A stretch of DNA of 64,000 nucleotides, taken from positions 465,922-529,921 of the forward strand of contig CAWJKR010000008.1 in assembly GCA_963843505.1 (NCBI GenBank). Reading direction: 5' to 3'. Shown in pieces: positions 19,546 through 31,392 of the stretch. Numbering within the stretch: position 1 is the stretch's first letter; the number at the start of each line of letters is the position of its first letter. The stretch comes from Candidatus Aminicenantes bacterium. Lineage in GTDB: Bacteria; Acidobacteriota; Aminicenantia; Aminicenantales; Saccharicenantaceae. The notes under the pieces were generated by a model. The model did not search any database. It was not told the origin of the DNA and was given only the letters and a program-made list of their open reading frames with translations. The position numbers and the translations under genes were made by a program.

Positions 19546-22486
19546 ATGCTTAAGATAATCAGCAAGATCGCCCTTTTCGGATCGATCGGCCTTTTCGCCC
19601 TGGGCGCTCCCTCGGCGCAAGACAACCCGACCGGCGACCCCCACGCGACAGGCCTCATCCCTCTCGACGCCCGCGAGATCGAGCAGATCGCCTCGAGCTG
19701 GCCGCGGATCACCCGGGTCGGCATCAACCGCCTCGGATTCGAGCGCGTCAACGAGGTCCGGGCCCGCAAGGGCAAGCCGGCCCTCGATCCCTTGTCCGTC
19801 GAGCCGGTCGGCGCCGAGGTCCGGAGCGTCCTTCCCGGGCACGGCGCCTCCGTCCTGGCCGCCGCCGCCAACGAGGACCTGGCCGCCGACCTGCCGGTCA
19901 GCGTCGACAACAGCCTGCTGAGGTTCTTCCCCCCGATCCGGAGCCAGGGGAGCCTCGGCGCGTGCGTCAGCTTCGCTGTCACCTATTATCAGCTGTCCTA
20001 CATGACGGCCTTCCAGCGCAACCTGGATATCCGGGACACCGCGACAACACCAACAAGTACTCGCCGAAATGGACCTACAACATGGTCAACGGCGGGAGCG
20101 ACAGCGGCTCGAGCTTCTATCAGAACCTACAACGTGCTCGAGCGGAACGGGTCCGCCACTTGGGCAGGAGTTCCCGTACGATACGAACTTCCGCGCCTGG
20201 AGCCTCGACCCCGCGGTCTGGAGGAACGCCCTCGGCGTCCGGACCAAAGTCATCCAGTACGTCAATAACGCCAGCACGGCGACGGGGCTCGAGCTCATCA
20301 AGGAGCTCCTGATCGACGGCTATGTCGTCGTCTACGGCACCTATATCAGCTCCTGGGTCTTCATGAACGCCTCAGGACGATCCCTCGACCGTCCGACGAC
20401 GACGCCGCCGTGGGGCAGGCCGTCGGCTATTGGCTCAACGGCAGCAACGGCGGGCACGCGATGACCATCGTCGGCTTCAACGACGCCGTCTGGACGGACA
20501 TCAATACGGACGGGATCGTCGACGCGGGCGAGAAGGGCGCCTTCCGGATCGCCAATTCCTGGGGCACCGGGTGGCATCAGGGGGGATTCACGTGGCTGGC
20601 CTACGACGCCCTCCGGAACCCCTCGGCGGTCCCCGGCGCCCCGTCGGGCGGACGCGTCGCGGCCTTCCAGGGCGACCAGGTCTACGTCCTGACGGCCCGC
20701 AACGGCTACGCGCCGCTGATGATCGGCGAGTTCACCGTCAACCACGCCAAGAGGGGCCAGATGCGGCTCTCCCTCGGCCGCTCGAACACGGCCGCCACGT
20801 CCCCGCGGAGACGTGGTCGCCGGCGGCCCTCGTGAGCGCGGGCGGCTCCTATGCTTTCGACGGTTCGACGACGGCCGTTCCCGCGACCTTCGTCCTGGAT
20901 TTTACGGACCTCCTGGCCGCCGGGGCCGGGCTGCAGCGCTATTACCTCGGCATCAACGACGGCATCGCCGGAGATCCGGCGACCTTGAGCGCTTTCAAGA
21001 TCGTCGACCTGACGACCGACCCGGACGCCGAGGCGGCCTCTTCGCTCGTGCCCCAGACGATCGACGGCCAGCAGGCCTATGCCTACGTCGACTATGCCTA
21101 TGCCGGTCCGGCGGCCAATGATCCGCCGACGCTCTCCTCAGCCTCAGGTCAACCCCGCGACCGGCAGGCCGGGCATCACGTATACGTTCACGGTCCGGTA
21201 CACGGACCAGGACGGCAACGTGCCGTCGGTGAAGAACGTCGTCATCGACGGGACCCCCCACGCGATGAGCCTCGTTTCCGGCCAGCTGCCCGCGAACGGC
21301 TTGTACAGCTATGCCATGACGCTCTCCCTCGGCAGCCACAGCTTTTATTTTTATTTCGAGGACGGCCACGGCGAATCGGCCCTGGCGCCTCTCGCCGGCG
21401 AGATGAGGGGCCCCGAGGTCTATACCCATGTCCTCTCCAACCTCTCCCCGTCGAGCGCGACGGCCGGCGACCCGGCGTTCACCCTGGCCCTGACCGGGAG
21501 CGATTTCGTGAGCGGGGTCGTGGCGGACATGGGACGGCAGCGACCGCCCGACGACCTTCGTCTCGAGCACGCGGCTTGACGCCCAGATCGCCGCCGCCGA
21601 CCTCGCCTCGGGCAGGACGGTCCCGGTCTCCGTCCGGGACACCGGGGGCTGGAACAGCAACGTCATGACGTTCACCGTCAATAACCCCGTGCCGTCGTTG
21701 ACCACGGTCTCGCCGGCCTCGGCGAGCGCGGGAGGGACGGGGCAGGCCCTGACCCTGCGCGGGACGGGCTTCGTTCCGAGCTCGCTCGGTCGAGTGAACG
21801 GCCTCGGCAAGACGACGACCTATGTCGGCGAAACGGAGATCCAGGTCGCGCTCTCGGCCCAGGACCTCGCGGCCGGAGGGGAATTCGAGGTGACCGTCGA
21901 CAATCCCGCCCCGTCCGGCGGCGTCTCCGCGGGGCTGACCTTCGTCGTGTCCGATATCACCATGAGCGCGGCCCCGACGGAGCTGTCCGCCTCCGCCGGG
22001 CAATCGGCGACCTGCGCCGTCGAGGTGACGCCCCGGTACGGCGCGTTCACTTCCGCGGTGTCCTTCAGCGCCACGGGCCTGCCGCGAGGGTGCACCGCGA
22101 CCTTCTCGCCGTCGACCGTAACCCCCGGCGACGCCGCCGCTTCGACCACTCTGACCCTCGCCACCCGGGCCCGCCAGAGCTCCGGCGCCGCGGCCGCGAT
22201 CAGGCCGGCGGGGCCCGTTCCGCCGGCGCTGGGGCTTCTCTTTCTCGCCGCGGCCGCCCTCGTTTGGATCCTCTCCCGCGACGTCGCCCTGCGCGGCTCC
22301 GCCGCCCGCCGCCGGTTGGCCACGGCCGCCTTGGTCCTCCTCGTCGTCGGGATGGCCGGCTGCGGGGCGGGGGGGACGAACGACCCCCAGGACCTCGGCA
22401 CCCCGGCGGGGACCTACGGCGTGATCGTCCACGCGACCTCGGGCGGCCTGTCGGCCGAGACCCCGGTCACGCTCGTCGTCCGCTGA
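19546..22486 (+). CDS. Secreted papain-like (C1-family) cysteine peptidase with C-terminal Ig-like/IPT repeats and a C-terminal hydrophobic anchor; 6 or more frameshifts.
   Basis: Signal MLKIISKIALFGSIGLFALGAPSAQD. Catalytic-Cys region IRSQGSLGACVSFAVTYY (compare the papain QGxCGSCWAF). His region NGGHAMTIVGFND...NSWGTGWHQGGF. Downstream repeated ...NPAPS..TV...GTGF modules. Tail with LGLLFLAAAALVWIL. Confidence 0.6.
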
Positions 22487-22537
22487 GGATCCGTCGCCCT
22501 GGCCGCCGCCGGCGAAAAAGACTAGAATGGAGCGGTC

Positions 22538-23101
22538 ATGAAGAAAAGCCTCGCCGCCGCCTTGTTCGCCCTCGTTTTCGCCGTATCCGCCGGGGCGGCC
22601 TTCGGCGCGGGCTTCACGTTGACGCTCAAGGCCGGCTATTTCATGCCGTCCGCCCAGGTCTTCCGCGACGTCTATGGCGGGGGCCCGGCCTTCGGCGGCG
22701 AGATCTCCATCCCGATCGCCGGTCCCTTCCAGATCTGGGCCGGGGCGGACGTCTTCGGCAAGACGGGTCTTCTTTCGGTCTCGGAAGAGGAGACCAAGGT
22801 CCGCATCACCCCTCTTTACGCGGGCCTGAGGGCCGAGTTCGGCAAGACGGGCATCCGGCCATACGTCGGCGCCGCGGCCGCCTACTTCCTTTTCCATGAA
22901 GAGAATCCGCTCGGGGCGGTCAGCGAGAACGGTCTGGGCTTTCTGACCCAGGCGGGGATCATGGCCCGGCTCGGCGGCTCCCTCTGGCTCGACGTCTTCG
23001 CCGGGTTTCGGGCTTGCACCCTTCGCGTCGATGCCGACGACCCCCTCGAAGCCAAGATCGGCGGCCTGTCCGCCGGCCTGGGCCTGGCCTATCGGTTCTG
23101 A
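22538..23101 (+). CDS. Outer-membrane beta-barrel protein (OmpA-like / porin-family small barrel).
   Basis: Signal MKKSLAAALFALVFAVSAGAAFG. Alternating amphipathic strands. C-terminus ...GLGLAYRF*, the aromatic terminal residue typical of OMPs. Confidence 0.55.
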   Translation: MKKSLAAALFALVFAVSAGAAFGAGFTLTLKAGYFMPSAQVFRDVYGGGPAFGGEISIPIAGPFQIWAGADVFGKTGLLSVSEEETKVRITPLYAGLRAEFGKTGIRPYVGAAAAYFLFHEENPLGAVSENGLGFLTQAGIMARLGGSLWLDVFAGFRACTLRVDADDPLEAKIGGLSAGLGLAYRF

Positions 23102-23148
23102 CATTTCCCGTCTTGAAATAACCCGCCGGGACCGCTAAACTGGATGCC

Positions 23149-23778
23149 ATGAAAGCCATCGCCAAGACCGCCGGCGCCTTCGCCTTGCTCCTCGCGCTCT
23201 TCGTCCCGTCGTTCGCCGTCATGAAGCCGGGCGAGAAGATCGTCCCGTTCTCCCTGAAGAACGTCGACGGCAAGGACTATACCGTCTCCGTCGAGGAGGG
23301 GAAGCTGACCCTGACCGTCACCGAGACCGTCGGCGGCGAAACGAAGGCCGTCAAGACCCACCCCGCCGGCGTCCTCATCGACTTCTGGGCGACCTGGTGC
23401 GTGCCCTGCCGCAAGGCCATGCCCCACATGCAGCAGCTCAACGAGACCTACAAGCCCGCCGAAGGGCAGTCGGAAGGCGGCCTCCACGTCATCGGCATCG
23501 CGCTCGACGACGCCGGCGGCAAGGTCGTCAAGCCCTTCTACGCGAAGCTCAAGATCACCTATCCCATGCTGGCCGACGCGCCGACGTGCGCCGCGGCGGC
23601 CGGCATCGCCGCGACGGCCAAGGACATGAAGAAGAGGTACGGCGTCCAGGAGATCCCCGTCGTTTATCTGATCGACTCGACGGGGACCATCACCCACGCC
23701 CACGTCGGCTTCAAGGAAGCGTTCGTGGCCGAGCTCGACGCCGCGGTCAAGGCTGTCCTCGGGGGAGCCGGGCGGTGA
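23149..23778 (+). CDS. TlpA-like periplasmic thioredoxin-fold thiol:disulfide oxidoreductase.
   Basis: Signal peptide. FWATWCVPC active site. ...YPMLADA...QEIPVVYLIDSTGTI... TlpA/ResA-family layout. Confidence 0.7.
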   Translation: MKAIAKTAGAFALLLALFVPSFAVMKPGEKIVPFSLKNVDGKDYTVSVEEGKLTLTVTETVGGETKAVKTHPAGVLIDFWATWCVPCRKAMPHMQQLNETYKPAEGQSEGGLHVIGIALDDAGGKVVKPFYAKLKITYPMLADAPTCAAAAGIAATAKDMKKRYGVQEIPVVYLIDSTGTITHAHVGFKEAFVAELDAAVKAVLGGAGR

Positions 23779-23909
23779 AGCGCCGGCTGCCCTGGGTCCT
23801 GCTCACGGTTTCCCTCGTTCTCATGGCCGCCGGGCTTCTCCTCGGCGAATACAGGACCGTCCTCGAAAAAGCCATCACCGTCTGCCTCGACTGCATCGGG
23901 ATCGGCTGA
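23775..23909 (+). CDS. Small single-TM Cys-motif protein (44 aa, CLDCIG), unknown function.
   Basis: GTG overlaps the TlpA stop (GTGA). VKRRLPWVLLTVSLVLMAAGLLLGEYRTVLEKAITVCLDCIGIG*. It sits between the TlpA and NapH-like genes. Confidence 0.35.
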   Translation: MKRRLPWVLLTVSLVLMAAGLLLGEYRTVLEKAITVCLDCIGIG

Positions 23910-23917
23910 GCGCGCAG

Positions 23918-24827
23918 ATGGCCCGGAAGCTCCCCCGCAAGCCCCGCGATAAAAGGCCCTGGTACCAGGCCGCCTTCGCCCTCGGGATCAACGCCTGGAT
24001 CCCTTCGTGGTTCAAGGGCGAGATCTTCCAGGGCGGGATCAAGGGCATCTGCGTGCCCGCCCTCAACTGCTATTCCTGTCCCTCGGCCATGGGCGCCTGT
24101 CCCATCGGGGCCATGCAGACCTTTTTCGGCGGCCTGCGCTTCAACCTGTCCATCGCCGAGAAGAAGTTCGGCCTCTACGTCGCCGGCTTCATGGCCGCCG
24201 TGGGCAGCGCCGTCGGCCGCATGCCCTGCGGCTGGATCTGCCCGTTCGGCTTCTTCCAGGAGCTCGTCTACAAGATCCGGACGCCCAAGCTGCGCATCCC
24301 TCACTTCATGACCTATTTCCGCTACGTCGTCCTCGTGACCATGGTCGTCGCCCTGCCGCTCCTCATCGTCGACGAGTTCGGCTACGGAGAGACCTGGTTC
24401 TGCAAGTGGATCTGTCCGGCCGGGACGCTCGAGGCCGGCATCCCGCTCATGCTCATCAAGACGGACCTCCGCCCCCTTATCGGGTTCATGTACTACTGGA
24501 AGCTCGGGCTGCTCGCCGTCTTCCTGGGCTGGTTCGTCGTCAGCCAGCGGCCCTTCTGCCGGACGGTCTGCCCGCTCGGCGCCTTCTGGGGCCTGTTCAA
24601 CAAGGGGAGCCTCTTCCGCATGGCCGTCGACGACGAGAAATGCACCCTCTGCGACAAGTGCCACAAGGACTGCCCCGTCGAGATCAAGATCTACGAGCAG
24701 GCCAACTCGCCCGACTGCGTCCGCTGCCTGACGCTGCGTCTCGTCGTGCAAGTTCGGGGCGATCAGCTACGAGTTCCTCGGCAAGAAGGAAGTCTCCCCG
24801 GACTTGCGCGTCAAGAAGCCGGCCTGA
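23918..24827 (+). CDS. NapH/MauN-type membrane polyferredoxin (4Fe-4S binding); one C-terminal frameshift.
   Basis: ...CVPALNCYSCPSAMGACPIGA...MPCGWICPFGFFQE...WFCKWICPAGT...CRTVCPLGAFW...EKCTLCDKCHKDCPV...DCVRCL-[shift]-SSCKFGAISYEFLGKKEV...* The CxxC(P) motifs interleaved with TM helices are typical of NapH/MauN/RdxA. Confidence 0.7.
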
Positions 24828-24846
24828 TGTTCGAAGGGATCTCCGA

Positions 24847-26449
24847 ATGAGCCTCATCGATCCGGGGCCGGACAAGGCCCGCTACCGGCGCATCGCGGTC
24901 CGGGGCGTCGGCAGGACCGTGTGCGGCGGCCGGCCGGCCCTGCGGGTCTCAGACGGCGCCCTCAAGGCCCTGACGGGAGAGGCGTTCACCGACCTCGCCT
25001 TCTACCTTCGGCCGGACTTCCTCGCGGCCATGCGAGGCATCATCGACGACCCCGGGGCGTCGGCCAACGACCGGTTCGTAGCGGGGGCCGTCCTGCGGAA
25101 CGCCGTCATCGCGGCCGAGGGCGTCCTGCCGCTCTGCCAGGACACGGGCTCCATCCAGGTCTACGCCTTGCGCGGCCACCGCGTCGTCACCGAAGGCCGG
25201 GACGAAGAGGTCATGGCCGCGGCCGCGTCCGAGGTTTACAAGAAACGTAACCTGCGCTATTCGATCATGGCCCCGCTCACGGTCATGGACGAGGTCAACA
25301 CGGGAAACAACCTACCTGCCCAGATCGACATCCAGGCCGCCCCGGGCGCCGAGTACCGCTTCTTCTTCACGGCCAAGGGCGCCGGCTCGTCCAACAAGAT
25401 CGCGCTGTTCCAGGAATCGAAGGCCCGGCTCGAGGACGGCGCCCTCGAGGCCTTCCTCGCGGAGAAGATCCGGGCGCTCGGCGTCGCCGCCTGCCCGCCC
25501 TATCGCGTCGCCGTCGTCGTCGGCGGGCTATCGCCCGAGATGACCCTCAAGACGGTCAAGCTCGCCTCGGCCGGCTTCCTCGACGGCCTGCCCAAGCGAG
25601 GCTCGAAGCGCGGCGGGGCCTTCCGCGACCCGGGTTGGGAAGAGCGGACGATGCGCCTGGCCCGGGAGACGGGCCTCGGGGCCCAGTTCGGCGGGGTGTG
25701 GCTGGCCCACGAAGCCCGCTTCGTCCGCCTGCCGCGCCACGCCGGCTCGTGCCCGATCGGGATCGGCGTCTCGTGCAACGCCGACCGGGGCCTGAGGGGC
25801 AAGATCACGGCCGAAGGCGTTTTCCTGGAAGAGGTCGAGCGCCGGCCGTCCCGGTTCCTCGAGGGGGCGCGGACGGCCGGGCCCGCCGGGTCCGTGGCCG
25901 TCGATCTCGGGCGGCCCATCGCCGACGTTCTGGCCGAAACTGCGGACGCTGCCCGTCGGCACGCTCGTCAGGCTGTCCGGTCCGCTCGTCGTGGCCCGGG
26001 ACATCGCCCACGCCCGGCTGGCCAAGATCCTGCGGGAGACCGGGGACGTGCCCGACTACCTCAAGCGCCATCCCGTCTATTACGCCGGCCCGGCCAAGAC
26101 GCCGCGCGGCATGGCCTCGGGCAGCTTCGGCCCGACGACGGCCCAGCGCATGGACGGCTACATGGCCGATCTCATGAAGGCCGGGGCCTCGCTCGTGACG
26201 CTCGGCAAAGGCAACCGGACCGCGCCGGCGACCGAGGCGCTCAAGGCCTGGGGCGGGGTTTTCCTGGGGACGATCGGCGGGGCGGCGGCGCTCATCGCCA
26301 AGGAGCATATCGTCTCGAGCGAGACGATCGATTTCGCCGATCTGGGGATGGAGGCGGTCCGCCGCATCGTGGTCAAGGACCTGCCCGCTTTCGTGATCTA
26401 CGACGGGAAGGGCGGCGATCTCTACGCTACTTCTTCTCTTCTTCCTTGA
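24847..26449 (+). CDS. Class I (Fe-S) fumarate hydratase, fused alpha+beta (FumA/FumB-type); one frameshift near 25930.
   Basis: ...VLPLCQDTGSIQVYAL... (class I alpha-subunit CQDTG motif), ...AACPPYRVAVVVGG..., beta part ...VYYAGPAKTPRGMASGSFGPTT.... Confidence 0.8.
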
Positions 26450-27020
26450 CCTTCTTGATGACTTCCTGCACCTGCGGGAATATCTTCGGGCTGCCCTCGT
26501 AGGTCTCGACGGAGATCAATCCATCCTGCGGGTCCAGCCGGATCTGGGCGTCCTCGTAGAATCGGCCTTCGCCCTTGTTCTTCGCGTTGAGCTTGAGCTC
26601 CATGGCCATGAACAGGTGGCGGGACATCGATCTCTGGTAGTTCGAATCCCACTGCTGGCGGTTGAAGAAGAGCAGGATCTTCTTGCCCTTTTCCGTGGGC
26701 ACGGTGAAGGCGGCGTGGATGGTCAGGTTGAAGCCGCGGGCGTACATGAAGCGGACGACGCCCTTATTGGCGCGGCTGTACGCGGCCATGAAGGCGTCGA
26801 CGCCCGCCTCGTTCATGGTCCGCTGGAGCTCGATGACCTCCTCGGGGGTGGTCCAGCTCGAGACCTCGATCTGGATCTTGATCAGGGGCGGCTCGACCGG
26901 GGCCTTCCCCGTCAACATCTGGGCCCGGAAGATGTCAGTGGCGCCGAGAGGGGAGACCCCCGCGGCCAGGAGCGCGGCGAAGGCGATAACGGCCAGTGTT
27001 CTTGGGGACAGAAATCTCAT
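26427..27020 (-). CDS. Secreted hypothetical protein (197 aa).
   Basis: Intact ORF with signal peptide MRFLSPRTLAVIAFAALLAAGVSPLGA, high-GC3 codon usage, Lys/Glu-rich C-terminus. No family recognised. Its 3' end overlaps the fumarase gene tail-to-tail. Confidence 0.45.
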   Translation of the reverse strand: MRFLSPRTLAVIAFAALLAAGVSPLGATDIFRAQMLTGKAPVEPPLIKIQIEVSSWTTPEEVIELQRTMNEAGVDAFMAAYSRANKGVVRFMYARGFNLTIHAAFTVPTEKGKKILLFFNRQQWDSNYQRSMSRHLFMAMELKLNAKNKGEGRFYEDAQIRLDPQDGLISVETYEGSPKIFPQVQEVIKKVKEEEKK

Positions 27021-27086
27021 GATGGTGATTCTCCAGTGGTTCTCTGACTATCATGCGCCAGAAAGGCGGGGCGATGTCAAACGGGC

Positions 27087-29181
27087 TACTTCTGGACCGT
27101 CGTGAGGACGATCTGCTCCTCGTCGATCGTCCGGACCGTGTCGTAGAAGCGACTTGACGGCCTTGTACTGCTCGACCGGGAAACAAGCTCTTCTTGATGA
27201 TGAGGTCGCGCTGGATGTGAAGCCGGTTGGGCGCCTCCAAGCCGCAGACGATCGAAAATCGGAGAACTCGGTCTCGTTCTTGCGGGGCACCGGCCGGACC
27301 TCGGCGGATCAGCCCCTCGGGCAGGGTGATGATGATGTCGTCGAACTGGCGGAACGGGTAGGGGATATAGACGGGGTATTTGCGCTCGTCGTGACGGAAC
27401 GGATACTGTCCCGTGCCGGCCAGCGGGGAGATCGGCAGGAGCATCTTTTCGCCGGCGGCGGTCCCGATCCCCGGGATGGAGACCTCATAGGAGCGATCAG
27501 GGACGGGGTCGTTGTTGTCGATGTTCTCGACCTTGGTCAGCTTGGCCGATCGCGCCCATGGGGAGGAGGTCGCCGAGCTCCTTCTCGAGCGCTTCCCGGC
27601 GGGCCGCGTCGTCGTCGTGGATGTGGTCGAGCCGCCGGACGAGGGCCTCCTGGCCGGTATAGGTCGTCGTGACCGTCCCGGCGAGGTTGCCCTGCAGGTC
27701 GAGCGTCAGGGCGATCTCGCGCTGCGTCAGGGCCATGTCGGGCGGGAAGACCGGGAGCGAGAAGAAGGCGGGCGGGTCGTCCGAGAAACGGAGGGCGGCC
27801 GAATTGGTCCGGCTCCAGTGGACGAGGCCGAAGGGGCAGAACGGCGTCGCCGGGTCGAAGGCCAGGACCCTGTCGCCGACCTTGACCGTGGCCACCTCCG
27901 AATCGAGCTGGCCATAGAAGGAGAGGTAGTTGTTGCGGAAGATCTTGTTGTCGCGGGCGGTGACCCGGACGACTCCGGCCTTGAAGCCGGCGGCCCGGGC
28001 CAGGGCGACGAACGTCCGGGTGATGTCGCTCCGCACGCCGAAGCCCCGCTCGAGGACGTCGGAGACCTTGCGCGTTGTCCTTGATCTTCTGCTCCTTCCT
28101 CTGCCGGCGGGTCAGTCCCTTCTCGTAGCTGAGGTTGCGGAGTCCCTGGACCTTGGCGTAGATCCGTTTGAGCTGCTCGATCGGGTCGGTCGCGTCGCCG
28201 ACGATCTCCCGGGCGGCGGCGTCGAGCCGGCCGGGCTTGCCGAGGAAGGCTTCGACGCCCTTTTGCCACTCCTTGCTCTCCAGCTTCCAGAACTCTTCGT
28301 TGCTCTTCGACCTTGTCGTTGATGATAGAAGAGGTCGACCGACGTCCGCATCGTCTCCTCCGGGACGGAATACTCCTCCTCTTCGAAGGCCGGGATGTCG
28401 ACGAGCTCCAGCTCGATCCGGCCCTTTTCGAACGTGGGCCTCGCCGACATCTTGCCGATGGAGACCCAGGCCATCCGGCAGCCCGCCTGCCGAACAGGTA
28501 GCTCAGCCAAGCCCGGAGTTGGACGTCGGTCGCGAACTTGGCCTTCTTGGTGAACAGGTCGTCCTGGACATCCCAGCTCTCGAAGGGCAGGGCCCGCAGC
28601 TCGGTCCTCTCGGGATAGCCGCCTTCCTCCGGCCGTCCGCCGGAGCCGCCGAGGCCGGTGACGATGTCGTCGAGGCCCTCGGTCGATCCGCTGCCCTCGC
28701 GATCGATCTCGACCTTATAGCGGTAGTCGATGATCGAGCCGACGGCGACGTCGGGCAGGGCGAAGGTCTTGGCGGCCACCCGCATCTTGCGGTAGCGGAA
28801 GGCCGTCTTGTCGAAGATCTGGCCGCCGAACTCGCGCGCCGGGCCTTCGGGCGGCACGACCCGGGCCTGGAGGCCCGTGATCTTGGTGGAGCCGGTGACG
28901 AAGGGGATCTCGATGTTCGAGTACTCCCGGCCGGCGTCGGTGAGGATCTTCAGGCGCCTGAAGACGGACGTCGCGAAGGTCTCGCCGTCGGTGATCTCCT
29001 CCCGGTAGAGGATGATCGCCGGCGCGCCGGGCTGCTGCGGGCAGTCCTTCATGGCCAACTCCTCCGGGCTGATCGGAGGCCAGGGCTTCTGGGCGAAGGC
29101 GGGCCGCCCGCAGAGGAAAACGAGGACGGTCGCGAGAAAGAGGGCCGCGGCCGGTGCCGGTAGGGAGCGGGTCTTGGACAT
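27087..29181 (-). CDS. Secreted DUF3857 / transglutaminase-like / DUF3858-architecture protein, paralog X; many frameshifts.
   Basis: Signal MSKTRSLPAPAAALFLATVLVFLCG. N-terminus EELAMKDCPQQPGAPAIILYREEITDG...FRRLKILTDAGREYSNIEIPF (DUF3857-like). Transglutaminase-like core ...DITRTFVALARAAGFKAGVVRVTARD.... C-terminus repaired to ...FYDTVRTIDEEQIVLTTVQK*. Confidence 0.55.
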
Positions 29182-31248
29182 CAGGGCCTCCTGGTCTCGG
29201 CGGTTTTCAGGAGCAGGCTCTGCTGCTCCTCGGCGCCCACGGCGAGGAAGAACTTGAGGGCCTCTTCATGGCGCGACGCCGGCAGGAGCGGCTCGATCAG
29301 CCGGTACTCGCGCCGGTAGACGAGCGTTCGCCCGGCCGCCTCCGTCCGGCTCGAATAGGAGGCGAATCCGGCGTCGAGGGCGACCGGCTTCGGCAGGCTT
29401 TCGGCGGTCCAGCCCTCCGGCAGCTCGATCGTGAACTCGTCCCGGGAGAACGAAGTCGTTTCCAGGTCGATGGGGTAGCGCCGCGGTTTCTTGTCCTTCG
29501 AGGCGAGGTCGATGGCCTTGTTGCCGACGACCCGGGGGCGGACGACGAGATAGCCGCCGGCGCGCTTGGCGTAGGCCGGAGGCGATGAAGCGGTAGCTGA
29601 CGACGAGGTCGCCGCGGGCGTCGTCGAGGTTCTTGAACTCGTAGGCTCTGGAGCGAGAAGGACGCGAAGGAGCGGGACAGGAACGTCTCGAGATACTTGC
29701 GCCGCTCCGCCTCCGTCGCCGACTGGATCTGATAGCGCAGGGAATCGGCCTCGGCGCCGCGCCGCGTCTCGGTGATCTCGCCGGCCAGCGCGCCGTCGCC
29801 CGTCAGGACGAGTGTGCCCCGGCGGTCGAGGACGTTGCCCTCGGGGCCGGGACGGGGGAGGAGCAGGAGCTCGCCGCTCCCGCCGGCCACGAGCAGGCCC
29901 GTGTTGTCCTGGAGGTAGTAGGGCAGGCGCCCGAGCGGGCGTCGTCGGCATGGTCGGGTCGAAGACGAGAAGCCGGCCCAGGCCCGGATGGCGGACCAGG
30001 CTGTCGAGCCCGGCGTCCGGAACGTCGTCGGGCAGGCGGATGGCCAGGATGACGTGGTTGAAGCTGCCGAGCGAGACCGGCGACTGGAGGTTCACGCCGC
30101 CCCGGTCGGTGTGGATGACGATGAAATGGGAATCGATCCCGACCGCCTCGAGAAGGGCCGCGAGGAGCGTCGCCTTGTCCTTGCAGTCGCCGTAGCGGTT
30201 GGCGAGGACGCTCGGCGCCGGGTGGGGCTGGAACCCGCCGATGCCGATCTGGATGGAGACGTAGCGGATCTCCTTCTGGGCGAATTCGGCCAGGGCCCTG
30301 ATCTTCGAGAGGGTGTCGGGCGAGGCCGCGGTGAGCTCGCGGGCCTTCTTGCGATACGGTCTCGTCGGGGACGCGCCGCGGCCCGCTCAGCGCCGGCGTA
30401 CCAGGCCCCCATGTCGGCCCAGCCGGAGAAGGACGCGCACGCCCGGGTCGGCCGACTTGAGCCGGACGAGCAGGCGGCCGGCCAGGGCGCGGTCGCCGGG
30501 CCGATAGGGTTCGTCCTCGATGGCCGGGATGTCGGCGATCTCGATGGAGAGCTTCCGGGGCAGCAGCGGGGAGATCGGCTCTTGCTTCGGTTCGACCGGC
30601 GTCCAATTGACCCAGCTGAAGTCCGGCTCCCAGCGCGTCGGCAGGGACAGCGCGTAGGTCGCCCGAAGGACCGGGAGCTCTCCTTGGAAGTCGAAGCTGT
30701 CCTCGAGCGGCGGGCGGGGTCCGCTCGTGCACCCATTCGAAGCCGACCACGCTGCCGACGTCGACTTCCGGGACGACGAGCAGCATGATCTTGGCGTCCA
30801 TGTAGAGGGTGTCCGGGGCGAGCGAGGACGAGATGACCTGTCTTCATGGTCACCTGGCGCGGCGAGCCGGACGGGTTGATCACCCATCCGGTCATCGCCT
30901 TGACCTTGGTGTCGTAGGTCTCGGCCGGATCAGGCGCTGGGCGATCCTCGATCGCCGCCGGACCGGAGGACGCGGGTCGCCCGCCGGACGGTCGTGGTCA
31001 GGACGCCCTTGGGACTGATGACGGTCGACTGCTCGTTGAGCAGGACGACGGCTTCGGTCTCGGCCGGGAGCGACGGAATGGGACGGGCGGCCTCGTCGGC
31101 GAGCCAGGACGGCGGTTTGACCGCGCCGCCGGCCGGCGGACAAGGGGCGGACGATGGGGACGGACGATGGCCATGCGGCCGGGAAGGAGAGGATCAGGGC
31201 AAGAAAGAAGGTCCTGACGGACGCGGAAACCAACAGGCGCGTTCCCAT
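29181..31248 (-). CDS. Secreted DUF3857 / transglutaminase-like / DUF3858-architecture protein, paralog Y; many frameshifts.
   Basis: Signal MGTRLLVSASVRTFFLALILSFPAAW. YMDAKIMLLVVPEVDVGSVVGFEW. TGase-like Cys motif YGDCKDKATLLAALLEAVGIDSH (inferred by frame repair). C-terminus ...IELPEGWTAESLPKPVALDAGFASY...VYRREYRLIEPLL.... Its stop overlaps the start of paralog X by 1 nt. Confidence 0.55.
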
Positions 31249-31392
31249 ATTCCCCTTGACACGCCCTCCTGTGCCCGAGAATATTCTCTGTTTGGACTGA
31301 ATGTCAAGGCGATTGTATGACTTATTGCGCCTTCTCGAGACGTGCTATAGTGGTCGGGGGAGGAAAACCATGAAGCTTCGAGCGCTGACCTC

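Noticed and set aside
22200-22340. PEP-CTERM-like sorting signal at the end of the C1 peptidase (PAGPVPPALGLLFLAAAALVWILSRD).
   Set aside because: It is not at the extreme C-terminus, as about 60 more residues follow, and it lacks the PEP tripeptide. I call it only a generic hydrophobic anchor.
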